Assembly: GCA_947624315.1 (NCBI GenBank)
Contig: CANQJU010000001.1
Span: 1 to 41,818, forward strand
Reading direction: 5' to 3'
From: an uncultured Bacilli bacterium
GTDB taxonomy: Bacteria > Bacillota_I > Bacilli_A > ML615J-28 > CAG-698
Length of the DNA: 41,818 nt
Positions within the stretch are counted from its first letter, which is position 1; the number at the start of each line of letters is the position of its first letter. Below are positions 15,698 through 25,600 of the stretch, piece by piece. Both the position numbers and the translations under genes were made by a program. Below the pieces are notes generated by a model that saw nothing but the letters and a program-made list of their open reading frames with translations, made no database searches and was not told the DNA's origin.

Positions 15698-18178
15698 TTA
15701 GTTTCTTTTCTTTCTTAAAACGAATACTAATCCAAATGCAGTTAATAGATAGAATACATATTGGATTGCACTAGCACCACAACTGCATCCACCATCTGGT
15801 TTTGGCTCTGGTTCTGGCTCAGTAGTTCCAGGGTTTTCTTCGCCTTCAACAGTAAATGTTACTTTACTAGATAAATCAGAATCTTCTGCATCACCACTAG
15901 CGATTGCTTTAACTTGAATATCATGATTTCCTTCAGCAAGATTGAATTTAGATAAATCAACTGTTAATGAAGTTGTTTCACCTAATTTATTATTGCCTTC
16001 ATAGATTTCATATTTTGAAGCACCTTCAACAGCTTCAATAGTTAAAGTATTACCGTTTAAAGAAATCTTAGGAGCAGGAAGCTTACCAGCAGGTTCTGGA
16101 GCATCTCCACCAGTTACTGTAATAGTAACAGTAACTTTAGCATCTGTGCCTTCAACGCTAACTGTAATCTTACAACTACCAGCAGCAACAGCTGTTACTG
16201 TACCATCTTGGGCAACTGTAGCAACTCTTTGATTATCACTTTCATATGCTAATTTTCCACTAGGATCTGCAGTTGCTTCAATTTTAGCAGTATCGCCAGC
16301 TTTTAAAGTGAATGAATCTTGTTTAACAGTTAATTTTTGTTCAACTTTAGCATTGCCAAATGGGATTGTTGCAAGAAGAACTTCTGAACCATCAGCTTTA
16401 ACAACACCTTTTAATTCAACAATTCCATCACCACTAACACAGCTAGGATCTTTTAATGTATATGATTTCTTATCAGCAGTAAATTCATCTTTTAATTCAC
16501 CATTAACATAAACATTAACTTTGCTGAATAGATGAGCTTTAATATCACTTGGATTAAGTGAGAAGTAAGCTGTACCACCACGAATATTTAACTTAGGATC
16601 CTTATATGTTCCATAGTCAATAGTAGTCTTAAAATCAATATTCTTTGTTTCACTAGTTCCATCATTAAATTCAACTTTTACTTTATATGAATATGATGTA
16701 TCAGCTGTTAATTTAGCAATTTCACCAGTTAATTTATTATAAGAATGAACGAAATATTTATTAACTTCTGCATCAGAGCTATCTAAAACTGTAACATATT
16801 TAGCAGCACCAACAAAATCTTTACTCCATGAAACGATTGCTTTTGTTGAATCAGTTTCAGAAACTTCGATTTTAACAGAGTCCATTAATGCTTGTTTATC
16901 ATAAGATGTGCTTTCTTCAAATGGTCTTTGAGCAAAGAATGTTGTTGAATCAATTAAATTGTCTTCATCATCATATGCCCAGAATTGTAAACCTTGAGTA
17001 GTAACTTTAACTAAGCAATAACCACCAGCATGTTTTTTATCACCATTGTGTGCATTATGAGCATCATCTACGTTAACATAGTTTTTAGGCATCTTGTCTT
17101 GACCGCTTCTTTGGAAGCCATCAACTTTACAAGAACCACGTCCATAGTCATGGTTATGTCCTGAGAAGAAAATATCAACATCATATTCTCTAAATAGTGG
17201 ATCCCATTTTTCAATAACGATATCACTATCACCACTTCCCCATGCAGGACGATGGCATTGAACGATTAAATATTGATGTGGAACAGTTTCAACTACTTCT
17301 TTAAACCACTCAGTTTGTTCATCATAGTGATTAACATCTTCACTATCTAAAGTGATAAATAATACACTATTCCATTTGAACCAATAAATACTTTCAGTAA
17401 ATCCATCAGGATGGTTTTTAGGGAAATTATACATACCATCTACAGCATAAGGTTTATCAGCTTTCTTAGGGATTGTATAATCATGGTTACCAGTTGTAGC
17501 AGCAAGTGGAGTCATTGTCCACAAATCCATATCAAATAACCAACGCCAATATTGAACTTTATCACCATCATTAACCATGTCACCACAGCCTAATGTAAGT
17601 TCAATATCTAATCCTAATTTCTTAGCATGTTCTAATGCTTGAGCCATTAAACCATTAGCAGTACCTAAAGCAACACCTTCAGTATAAACTTGAGGGTCAG
17701 CCATAACTAAGAATGAGAATAATCCATCATTACCTGCAGTCTTGAAATAACGAGTTTCAGAGAAATTAGTTGCTCCTACTCGATACATATATTCTGTTGC
17801 AGGTTCCAAATTTGTTGCATATGCTTCACAAACTTTAATAGCAGATTTGTTCATTGGAGCGCCGCTATCATCAAGATATTGTAATGCATAATCTTCAGTA
17901 TCTGGAAAAACATCATGATAAGCTGCACATTCTGGAGTAACTTTTATAGCTTTATCAAAGTTTCCATCAGCTTTTTTAGCAATTTCAACAACTACGCCTT
18001 CAACAGATGTATGAAAACTAAAATTCATTTGTGTTGAAGCGTCTTCCCCTGGGCTAGCAATTAGTAAATCAACATCACCCAATTCAGCTCTATCATATGC
18101 TTTTACTCTTAAATTAAGACAAAGAGCAAAGAACATAATGAATGAAGCCACTGTAAATAATAGAACCTTCTTCTTCAT
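15698..18178 (-). CDS. secreted, cell-surface calcineurin-like metallophosphoesterase (purple-acid-phosphatase-like N-terminus, Big_2 and Fn3-like domains, unusual C-terminal anchor)
   Basis: The start is moved to MKKKVLLF (ATG 18178), which follows the strong RBS AAGGAGG. The Sec signal peptide ends at VKA-YD. GDxxxD, GNHD and GHNHDY metallophosphoesterase motifs are present. The Big_2-like segment reads FTLKAGDTAKIEATADP...NQRVATVAQDGTVTAVAAGSCKITV. The C-terminus is PEPEPKPDGGCSCGAS, a TM helix, then RKKRN. Confidence 0.8.
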   Translation of the reverse strand: MKKKVLLFTVASFIMFFALCLNLRVKAYDRAELGDVDLLIASPGEDASTQMNFSFHTSVEGVVVEIAKKADGNFDKAIKVTPECAAYHDVFPDTEDYALQYLDDSGAPMNKSAIKVCEAYATNLEPATEYMYRVGATNFSETRYFKTAGNDGLFSFLVMADPQVYTEGVALGTANGLMAQALEHAKKLGLDIELTLGCGDMVNDGDKVQYWRWLFDMDLWTMTPLAATTGNHDYTIPKKADKPYAVDGMYNFPKNHPDGFTESIYWFKWNSVLFITLDSEDVNHYDEQTEWFKEVVETVPHQYLIVQCHRPAWGSGDSDIVIEKWDPLFREYDVDIFFSGHNHDYGRGSCKVDGFQRSGQDKMPKNYVNVDDAHNAHNGDKKHAGGYCLVKVTTQGLQFWAYDDEDNLIDSTTFFAQRPFEESTSYDKQALMDSVKIEVSETDSTKAIVSWSKDFVGAAKYVTVLDSSDAEVNKYFVHSYNKLTGEIAKLTADTSYSYKVKVEFNDGTSETKNIDFKTTIDYGTYKDPKLNIRGGTAYFSLNPSDIKAHLFSKVNVYVNGELKDEFTADKKSYTLKDPSCVSGDGIVELKGVVKADGSEVLLATIPFGNAKVEQKLTVKQDSFTLKAGDTAKIEATADPSGKLAYESDNQRVATVAQDGTVTAVAAGSCKITVSVEGTDAKVTVTITVTGGDAPEPAGKLPAPKISLNGNTLTIEAVEGASKYEIYEGNNKLGETTSLTVDLSKFNLAEGNHDIQVKAIASGDAEDSDLSSKVTFTVEGEENPGTTEPEPEPKPDGGCSCGASAIQYVFYLLTAFGLVFVLRKKRN

Positions 18179-18239
18179 TTTTTCCTCCTTATAAATATAA
18201 GAGCCAACAAAAATGTAAGCCCTTACTCTATACATGTAT

Positions 18240-18269
18240 ATTTTAACACATACTCATATTAAAAATCAA
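18240..18269 (-). promoter_or_regulatory. sigma-A promoter of the metallophosphoesterase gene
   Basis: On the minus strand, TTGATT, an 18-nt spacer, then TGTTAAAAT (extended -10). Confidence 0.4.
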
Positions 18270-18314
18270 GTTTTTTGTACTAAATCGCATAACAATTTTT
18301 AACACTTTTAATAA

Positions 18315-18344
18315 TAAAAAAAATGAGCTATTAAAATAGCTCAA
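18315..18344 (-). terminator. intrinsic terminator of efp
   Basis: On the minus strand, TGAGCTA-loop-TAGCTCA followed by TTTTTTTT. Confidence 0.7.
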
Positions 18345-18354
18345 ATATTTTTAT

Positions 18355-18912
18355 TTATGCACGAGAGCAGTATTTGCCTTCATTTGTATTAACGATGACT
18401 TTTTCACCAGCTTCAATAAATAAAGGAACTAAAATCTTATAACCTGTTTCTAAAGTTGCTCCTTTTTGAGCGTTTTGAGCTGTATTTCCTTTTACATTAG
18501 GATCACATTCAACAACTTCAAGTTCAACTTTTTCAGCAAGCATAATTCCCAATATTTCTCCTTCAAAGTCAATAATTGTTACTTCCATACCTTCAACTAA
18601 AAAATTCTTTTCCCATTCTAATCTTTCATTAGGAATTTCGATTTGTTCATATGTTTCCATATCCATGAAAGCACAATCAGTACCAGAGTCATACAAATAT
18701 TGCATCTTTTTCTTTTCGATAATAGCATTTTCAATTTTAATACCATTAGCAAAAGCAAATTCTGTAGTTGCTCCAGTTCTTAAATTTTTTAATTTGGTAC
18801 GAACAAAGGCTTGACCTTTTCCTGGTTTAACATGTTGGAAATCTAATATTTGATATATATTTCCTTCATATTTAATTGTCATACCGGTTTTGAAATCATT
18901 ACTTGATACCAT
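18355..18912 (-). CDS. efp: translation elongation factor P
   Basis: 185 aa: MVSSNDFKTGMTIKYEGNIYQILDFQHVKPGKGQAFVRTKLKN, a canonical EF-P N-terminus that includes the KPGKG loop. Confidence 0.95.
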   Translation of the reverse strand: MVSSNDFKTGMTIKYEGNIYQILDFQHVKPGKGQAFVRTKLKNLRTGATTEFAFANGIKIENAIIEKKKMQYLYDSGTDCAFMDMETYEQIEIPNERLEWEKNFLVEGMEVTIIDFEGEILGIMLAEKVELEVVECDPNVKGNTAQNAQKGATLETGYKILVPLFIEAGEKVIVNTNEGKYCSRA

Positions 18913-18942
18913 ATATTCCTCCTAGAATTTCATAACTATTTT

Positions 18943-18971
18943 ATTATACAACATTTTTCCTCTTTTGTCTA
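18943..18971 (-). promoter_or_regulatory. sigma-A promoter of efp
   Basis: On the minus strand, TAGACA, a 17-nt spacer, then TGTATAAT. Confidence 0.45.
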
Positions 18972-19027
18972 GACTTAATTTTATTGGGTAAAAGTGACTT
19001 GCCTTTTATAATATTATTTATCTAAAA

Positions 19028-19903
19028 TTAATCAACTATTTTTATTTTATAGCTTGCTTTAAAGCTATCAAAAGAAGCAAGTTTAATTAAATTGTCTTTT
19101 GTTAAAAAGTCTTTATTAGTATCGTGTCTATCATTATAACCAATCCATGGCTCTAGACAAACAAACGGAGCATCATTAAATGGTGTCCAAATAGCAAATG
19201 TTTGAAAATCATCAAAACTAAACTCAATACCTTTTTCTTTTTTATTTAATAAATAAACACTTTTACTTTTTACTCGAGGAATAATAATTGTATCAATATC
19301 AAATAAATCCTTTTTTAATGGTAAAACTTTTAAATTTTGATATCTACATCCGGCCTTGCCAAAATTAAGAGTAGCATTCTTTTCAACAAAAGGAGATACA
19401 AATGTTTCTGCGTGTTGAAAATGAATTGAATAATCTTCAAAACTTTCATTAGGAAACATTGGGCAGTTAAAAGCCGGATGGCCACCTAAATTAAAAGCCA
19501 TTTCTTTGATATCTTCATTGTGAATTTCAATTGTTGTTGTTAAAGATTTGTTTTGTAATTTATAAGAAATAATAGCCTTGTATTTATATGGATAATGCTT
19601 TAATGTTTCTTCATTGAAGACATTAACTAGTGTTAATTCATTTTCACTTTGTCCTAAAATTTCAAACTCTTGATCTCGTAAAAATCCATGAGAGTTCATT
19701 TGATATAACTTTCCCTCAATATATGTTTCTTTATCTTTTAGTGTCCCCACAATTGGAAAAAGGAAAGGAGCACTACGTGACCAATATTTAGGATTGCTAT
19801 TCCATATATATTCAACCCCATTCCCAGATAATCTTTTTAATTCGGCACCTTTTAAAGAAACTTCAGCTTGTAAAAAATCATTTTTAATAATTAAATTCTC
19901 CAT
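19028..19903 (-). CDS. aldose 1-epimerase family protein (LacX/YihR-like)
   Basis: 291 aa with the mutarotase-superfamily pattern (FLFPIVGTLKD, GGHPAFN, EPW). Confidence 0.75.
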   Translation of the reverse strand: MENLIIKNDFLQAEVSLKGAELKRLSGNGVEYIWNSNPKYWSRSAPFLFPIVGTLKDKETYIEGKLYQMNSHGFLRDQEFEILGQSENELTLVNVFNEETLKHYPYKYKAIISYKLQNKSLTTTIEIHNEDIKEMAFNLGGHPAFNCPMFPNESFEDYSIHFQHAETFVSPFVEKNATLNFGKAGCRYQNLKVLPLKKDLFDIDTIIIPRVKSKSVYLLNKKEKGIEFSFDDFQTFAIWTPFNDAPFVCLEPWIGYNDRHDTNKDFLTKDNLIKLASFDSFKASYKIKIVD

Positions 19904-20012
19904 AACTTCTCCTTATTCTTCTTTAATTATATCATATTTGAAAAGTACAAAACAATAATTAAAATTTATTTTTTTGTTATCACATTTATGGTATAATTAT
20001 TTTGGTGATTTT

Positions 20013-20909
20013 ATGGAAATTATATTAGCAAATCCTCAAGGTTTCTGTAGAGGAGTTATCCAAGCTATAGCTATTGCTAAAAAAACATTAGCTGATAAAT
20101 CTCTTCCCCAACCTATTTATATGTTAGGAAGTATTGTGCATAATAAATATATAACTCAAGGATTAAAAGATTTAGGACTAATAACAATAAGTGAAAAAGA
20201 TATTCCTCTTTTAACAAAGGGAACAATAATCTTTAGTGCTCATGGAGTAAGTCCAAAAGTTTATAATTTAGTCCAAGAAAAAGGATTAAATATTGTTGAT
20301 GCAACTTGTCCTAAAGTTATGGAAGTTCATAATTTAGTAAATACAAAAATAAATGAAGGATATGATGTTTTATTTTTAGGAAAAGAAAACCATGAAGAAA
20401 CTATTGGTGTTTTGGGAATAAATGATAAAATAAAATTAGTTCCTAATAATCTCAAATTAAATGGTATAAGTGATAAAACAATTTTAGTATCGCAAACTAC
20501 TCTATCACATATTGAAACAGAAGCAATATATGATTTACTTAAAAAAAGTTATCCACATTTACAAATATCTAATCAAATATGTAATGCCACATACAATCGC
20601 CAAAAAGCTGCAATAAAGGCTTCCGTAAACGTTGATTTAGCTATAGTTGTTGGAGATAAGAGTAGTAATAATTGTCAAACATTAGCCAAAACAATAAATG
20701 ATACTTGTCATGTAAAGACGATATTAATTGAATCAATTGCGGATTTAAAAGATTTTGACTTTACAAATATTTCTAAAATTGCCCTAACTTCAGGTGCTTC
20801 AACTCCTAGAGCTTTAATCAATGAAGTTTATGATAATTTAATGGACTTAAAAAATTGTGACTTTACTTCATGTATAAGTTATAGTGATTGTTTAAATATA
20901 AAAAAATAA
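20013..20909 (+). CDS. ispH: 4-hydroxy-3-methylbut-2-enyl diphosphate reductase
   Basis: MEIILANPQGFCRGV, AHGVSP, TCPKV and SNNC motifs. The start is set at the ATG at 20013, after the SD GGTGA. The ORF-track start at 19974 is an extension. Confidence 0.92.
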   Translation: MEIILANPQGFCRGVIQAIAIAKKTLADKSLPQPIYMLGSIVHNKYITQGLKDLGLITISEKDIPLLTKGTIIFSAHGVSPKVYNLVQEKGLNIVDATCPKVMEVHNLVNTKINEGYDVLFLGKENHEETIGVLGINDKIKLVPNNLKLNGISDKTILVSQTTLSHIETEAIYDLLKKSYPHLQISNQICNATYNRQKAAIKASVNVDLAIVVGDKSSNNCQTLAKTINDTCHVKTILIESIADLKDFDFTNISKIALTSGASTPRALINEVYDNLMDLKNCDFTSCISYSDCLNIKK

Positions 20910-20947
20910 GGGATTAAATGTTTTAATAACATTTAGTCCCTTTTTTA
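20903..20947. terminator. bidirectional terminator between ispH and the GDPD lipoprotein gene
   Basis: GGGATTAAATGTT pairs with AACATTTAGTCCC, flanked by an A-run upstream and a T-run downstream. Confidence 0.65.
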
Positions 20948-22576
20948 TTATCTTTCAGGAATCTTTACATCCTTTTCTGTTAAAACATCACATGTAACAA
21001 AATCAACATTCATATCGATATATTTTTGTAAATCATAAGCAGTTGTATATTGACTAAATGTATAACATGATACTTTTAAGCCTGCTGCATGATATTTATC
21101 AATCCATTCTTGAGTGTTTGTATATTCGATATTGAAACTAACATCGAAATTCCATTTAATGCATCTATCTAAAACTGTTTGACTATCACATGAATTGACT
21201 AAATATTGACATGGAATTTGACTATATCCATTATTTCTAACCCATTCTAAGCAACCATATTGACTACCTAAGAAAATAACATAATCTTCCATTTTACGCT
21301 TTTTAATTACTTCCATTAGTTCATCCATTCTTGAAGTATCAGAATTAGTTATTCCTTTTGAAGATTTTAATTCAATAACTGGATAACAATTATTTTGTAA
21401 GCATATTTGTAGATATCTATCCAATGTACAAATCTTAGAAGTATATTTAATGCCTCCTCTTGTAACAGTTGTTTCAACATCTTTTAAATCATCCCAGTTA
21501 GTGCTTGCTAAATCTAAACCAGCAAAAGAATTGTCGTGGCAAACAACAAACACACCATCTTTAGTTTGTTTAACATCACATTCAATGGCTTTATATCCTT
21601 TTACTTTAGCCGCATTTAAAAAAGCTACTTCCGTATTCATAATTCCTAAATAGCATCCAGCATGACCAATAAAAATAAGATTTTTACCATTAGCTTCCTT
21701 AGCTGTTTCCCATTCAGTATAAACAGCATTAAAAACTAAATTCTTAGCTGGCATTGTTTTTGGTACTTCTTGATCCCAACCATTAAACACATAGAAATTT
21801 CTTTGAGGAGTAAATGGTTCTTTAACCTCATCTCCAAAGTAATAATACTCTACAGTATCATTTCTTCCTTCAGCTTTATATGTAATAGAATAACGATTAG
21901 CTTGGAATGTTGCATTAATAACTAAATCATTGTTTGGCATTTTTGCAGGGATTTTAGGATCCCAACCTCTAAATGTATATCCTTCTTTTTCAGGATTTTC
22001 TGGTGGAGTAATAGTTTCATTATAAGCAAACTTCATTGATATATATTCTTCTCCATCAACTAAATATGTAATTGTAAATAATTCTGCAGTATCAAAAACA
22101 GCAGTAACAACTAAGTTTTCATCAGGCATTGTTTTAGGTAGTGCAGGATTCCAACCTTTAAATGTGCCATGATCTTTAACTGGATCAGCAGGTTTTACAA
22201 TTTCTTCTTGATATTTATAACTTTGAACAATATCTTCTTCCCCTTCTACTTTATATGTAACTGTATATGTATTAGCTTCAAATAATGGATAAATAGTAAC
22301 TTTGTCTTCAGCTGCTTTATCACTACTTGTAAGTAAATTTTCTTTATCAAGTGACCAGCCTTTAAAAGTATGTCCTTTTAATGTTGCTTTACAATTAGCT
22401 AATGCATCTAATAGGCTTTCCCCACTTTCTACTGTTTCAACTTTATTAACGACTTCATAACTTGCTCCACTAGAAAGATTTCCATAAACTATTTCAACAT
22501 TCTTTGTTTTTTCAGAACAGCCAATTAAAGCAATTGTTAGAAAAAACATAACTAAACCTAACATAATTTTTTTCAT
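20948..22576 (-). CDS. lipoprotein with about four Listeria-Bacteroides (InlB B-type) repeats fused to a glycerophosphodiester phosphodiesterase-like domain
   Basis: Lipobox LIGC-S. The repeats have the F[KRN]GW(N/D)xxxPxxMP signature, four times. The C-terminal GDPD-like region reads IGHAG...NT..AF...IECDV..TKDGVFVVCHD. Confidence 0.75.
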   Translation of the reverse strand: MKKIMLGLVMFFLTIALIGCSEKTKNVEIVYGNLSSGASYEVVNKVETVESGESLLDALANCKATLKGHTFKGWSLDKENLLTSSDKAAEDKVTIYPLFEANTYTVTYKVEGEEDIVQSYKYQEEIVKPADPVKDHGTFKGWNPALPKTMPDENLVVTAVFDTAELFTITYLVDGEEYISMKFAYNETITPPENPEKEGYTFRGWDPKIPAKMPNNDLVINATFQANRYSITYKAEGRNDTVEYYYFGDEVKEPFTPQRNFYVFNGWDQEVPKTMPAKNLVFNAVYTEWETAKEANGKNLIFIGHAGCYLGIMNTEVAFLNAAKVKGYKAIECDVKQTKDGVFVVCHDNSFAGLDLASTNWDDLKDVETTVTRGGIKYTSKICTLDRYLQICLQNNCYPVIELKSSKGITNSDTSRMDELMEVIKKRKMEDYVIFLGSQYGCLEWVRNNGYSQIPCQYLVNSCDSQTVLDRCIKWNFDVSFNIEYTNTQEWIDKYHAAGLKVSCYTFSQYTTAYDLQKYIDMNVDFVTCDVLTEKDVKIPER

Positions 22577-22598
22577 AACTTTCTCCTTTTGCTATTAT

Positions 22599-22627
22599 AT
22601 TGTACCACTTGGTAAGCTTTTCTTCAA
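22599..22627 (-). promoter_or_regulatory. sigma-A promoter of the GDPD lipoprotein gene
   Basis: On the minus strand, TTGAAG, a 17-nt spacer, then TGGTACAAT. Confidence 0.4.
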
Positions 22628-22646
22628 GTTTATTTTAAGAATGGCA

Positions 22647-22681
22647 TAAAAAAAGAGTTATACTAATTAAAGTATAACTCG
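22647..22681 (-). terminator. intrinsic terminator of the PFOR gene
   Basis: On the minus strand, GAGTTATACT-loop-AGTATAACTC followed by TTTTTTT. Confidence 0.7.
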
Positions 22682-22689
22682 ATTTATTC

Positions 22690-25600
22690 TTATTTACTAT
22701 AATCCATAGCAAGATATCTTTGATACATTCTATATCTTCTTTGAGCTTCAGCTTTATTTTTAGCAAGTAAAGCATCTGCTTTATCAGGATTAATCTTTCT
22801 TAATTGCGCATATCTTGTTTCAGTCATTAGATGATCTTCATATTTATCCCAATCTGGTTCTTTAGAATCTAATTGGAATGGGTTCTTGCCTTCATCAGCA
22901 AGTCTTGGGTCAAATCTAAATGTTGTCCAGTATCCACAATCAACAGCAAGTTTAGCTTGTTCTTGAGCTTTACCCATACCAGATTTTAGACCATGGTTGA
23001 TACATGGAGCATAAGCAATTATAATAGATGGTCCATTATAACTTTCAGCTTCTTTAATTGCTTTTAACATTTGGGCTTGAGATGCACCATGAGCAATTTG
23101 AGCAACATATACATGACCATAGCTCATAGCGATAGCTGCCAAGTCTTTCTTCTTTCCGCTCTTACCAGCAGCTGTAAATTTAGCAATTGAAGCTGTAGGT
23201 GAAGATTTAGAAGATTGACCACCTGTATTAGAATATACTTCTGTATCAATAACAAGAATATTAACATCTTCTTGGTTAGCAATTACATGGTCTAAGCCTC
23301 CGTAACCAATATCGTAAGCCCATCCGTCACCACCAAAGATCCATTGACTTCTCTTAACTAAATAATCTTTTAATTTAAGAATTTCTTTAGCAGTTTCGCA
23401 ATCTTTACCTTCTAGTAATGGAACTAATTCTTTAGCAATTTTCTTAGTTTCTTCACCAGAATCACGGTTAGCAAGCCATGCACGGAATAATTCAGCAACT
23501 CTTCCTTCTGCACATTCTTCCAATGCTTTTTCCATATATAAACCAATTCTATTTCTTAATGTTTCAGTTGCCATTCTCATACCAAAGCCAAATTCAGCAT
23601 TATCCTCAAATAATGAGTTTGCCCATGCAGGACCTTTACCTTCTTTATTCTTTGTATATGGAGTTGATGGGAATGATCCACCATAGATTGATGAACATCC
23701 AGTTGCATTAGCAACAACCATACGATCACCAAATAATTGAGTGATTAATTTAATATAAGGAGTTTCTCCACATCCACCACAAGCACCACTGAATTCAAAT
23801 AATGGTTGAGCGAATTGAGAGTTTTTAGCATTAGCAGTAATATCTACTAAATCAGTCTTATATGTAACATTATCAAAGAAATAGTTTGCAATCTTATCTT
23901 TTCCTTCATGAATTAAATCATCAATGTGAACCATCTTAAGAGCTTTTTCACCCTTCTTACCAGGACATTGGTTAACACAAACTTCACATCCTGTACAATC
24001 AGCAACAGAAATTTGCATTGTATATTTCAAACCTTCAAGACCTTTACCAGTAGGAACTAAATATTCACTACCTTTAGGAGCTTTGCTAGCTTCTTCTTCA
24101 GTTACAAGGAATGGTCTAATTACAGCATGAGGACATGCAAATGAACATTGATTACATTGGATACAATTTTCTTTATTCCATACAGGAACAAATGTAGCAA
24201 TGTAACGTTTTTCATAAGCAGTTGAACCATTTTCCATTGTACCGTCTTCATAACCTTTGAATGCTGAAACAGGCAGATCATAACCTTTAATAGCATTAAT
24301 AGGGTTAGCTAAACGTTTAACAAATTCTGGAGCATTTTCATTTTCTTTCTTAACTTCAAGAGGTAATTTGCTCCATGCTGGATCAACTTTAATTTCCTTT
24401 AAGCCTTCAGCACCTTTATCGATTGCTTTGTAGTTCAATTCAACAATAGCTTCACCTTTTTTGATATAAGCTTTATATGCATATTTCTTCATCAAATCTC
24501 TAGCAGTATCATATGGCATGATTTGCTCATTTAATTTGAAGAATGCAGATTGCATAATAGTATTAGTTCTATTTCCTAAACCAATTTCACGAGCTAAAGT
24601 AATAGCATCAATAATATATAATTTAGCTTTCTTATCAGCTAGAGCTTTCTTAAATGAATTTGGCATAAATTCTAATAATTCTTCTTCACTCTTTAAAGTA
24701 TTAAGTAAGAATCTTCCACCTTCTTTAAGGCTAGAAAGCATATCATATTTTTCAACATATGTATCAAGTGAACAAGAAATAAAGTCTGCCATTTGTACTA
24801 AATATGGTGAACGAATAGGATTTTTACCAAATCTTAAGTGGCTTCTTGTAACACCACCAGATTTCTTAGAATCATATGCGAAATATGCTTGAGCATAGTT
24901 ATCAGTATTATCACCAATTAATTTAATACTACTCTTATTAGCACCAACAGTACCATCACTACCTAAACCATAGAAGATACATTGAGTAACATCACCACTA
25001 GCAGTATTGATTTCTTCCTTAACATCTAATGACAAATGAGTAACATCATCATTAATACCAATTGTAAATGGATGACGAGCTTCACCTGCTAAGTTTTCAT
25101 AAACTGCTAAGATTTGTCCAGGAGTTGTATCTTTACTAGATAAACCATATCTACCACCAATAATTAATGGAGCATCTTTCTTTCCATAGAATGCAGCTTG
25201 TACATCTAAGAATAATGGTTCACCTAAGGCACCAGCTTCTTTTGTTCTATCTAAAACAGCAATACGTTTAACTGTTTTTGGTAAAACTTTGAATAAATGT
25301 TTAACAGAGAATGGACGATATAAGTGAACATTTACTAAACCAACTTTTTTACCTTGCTTAGTTAAATAGTCAACAACTTCACAAGTAGTTTCACAAACTG
25401 AACCCATTGCAAAAATAACATCAGTTGCATCCTTAGCACCATAATATACAAATGGAGCATAATTACGTCCAGTTTCTTTACTAATTTCGTTCATATATTC
25501 TTCAACAATATCAGGAACAGCTTCATAGAATTTATTTTGAGCTTCACGAGCTTGGAAATAAACGTCATCATTTTGAGCTGAACCACGAGTAACAGGGTTA

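Noticed and set aside
19974-20012. N-terminal extensions suggested by the ORF track for ispH (19974), sdaA (26358), the metallophosphoesterase (18235), tmk (32171), ecfA1 (37240), the ABC transporter (41038) and sspI (10163)
   Set aside because: In each case an internal ATG preceded by a proper Shine-Dalgarno sequence coincides with the conserved N-terminus of the family. The extensions overlap predicted promoters or 5' UTRs.
24518-24892. 124-aa plus-strand ORF inside the PFOR gene
   Set aside because: It is antisense to a highly conserved part of the PFOR gene, with no RBS and no recognisable motif. Its length is expected by chance opposite a long, stop-poor frame.
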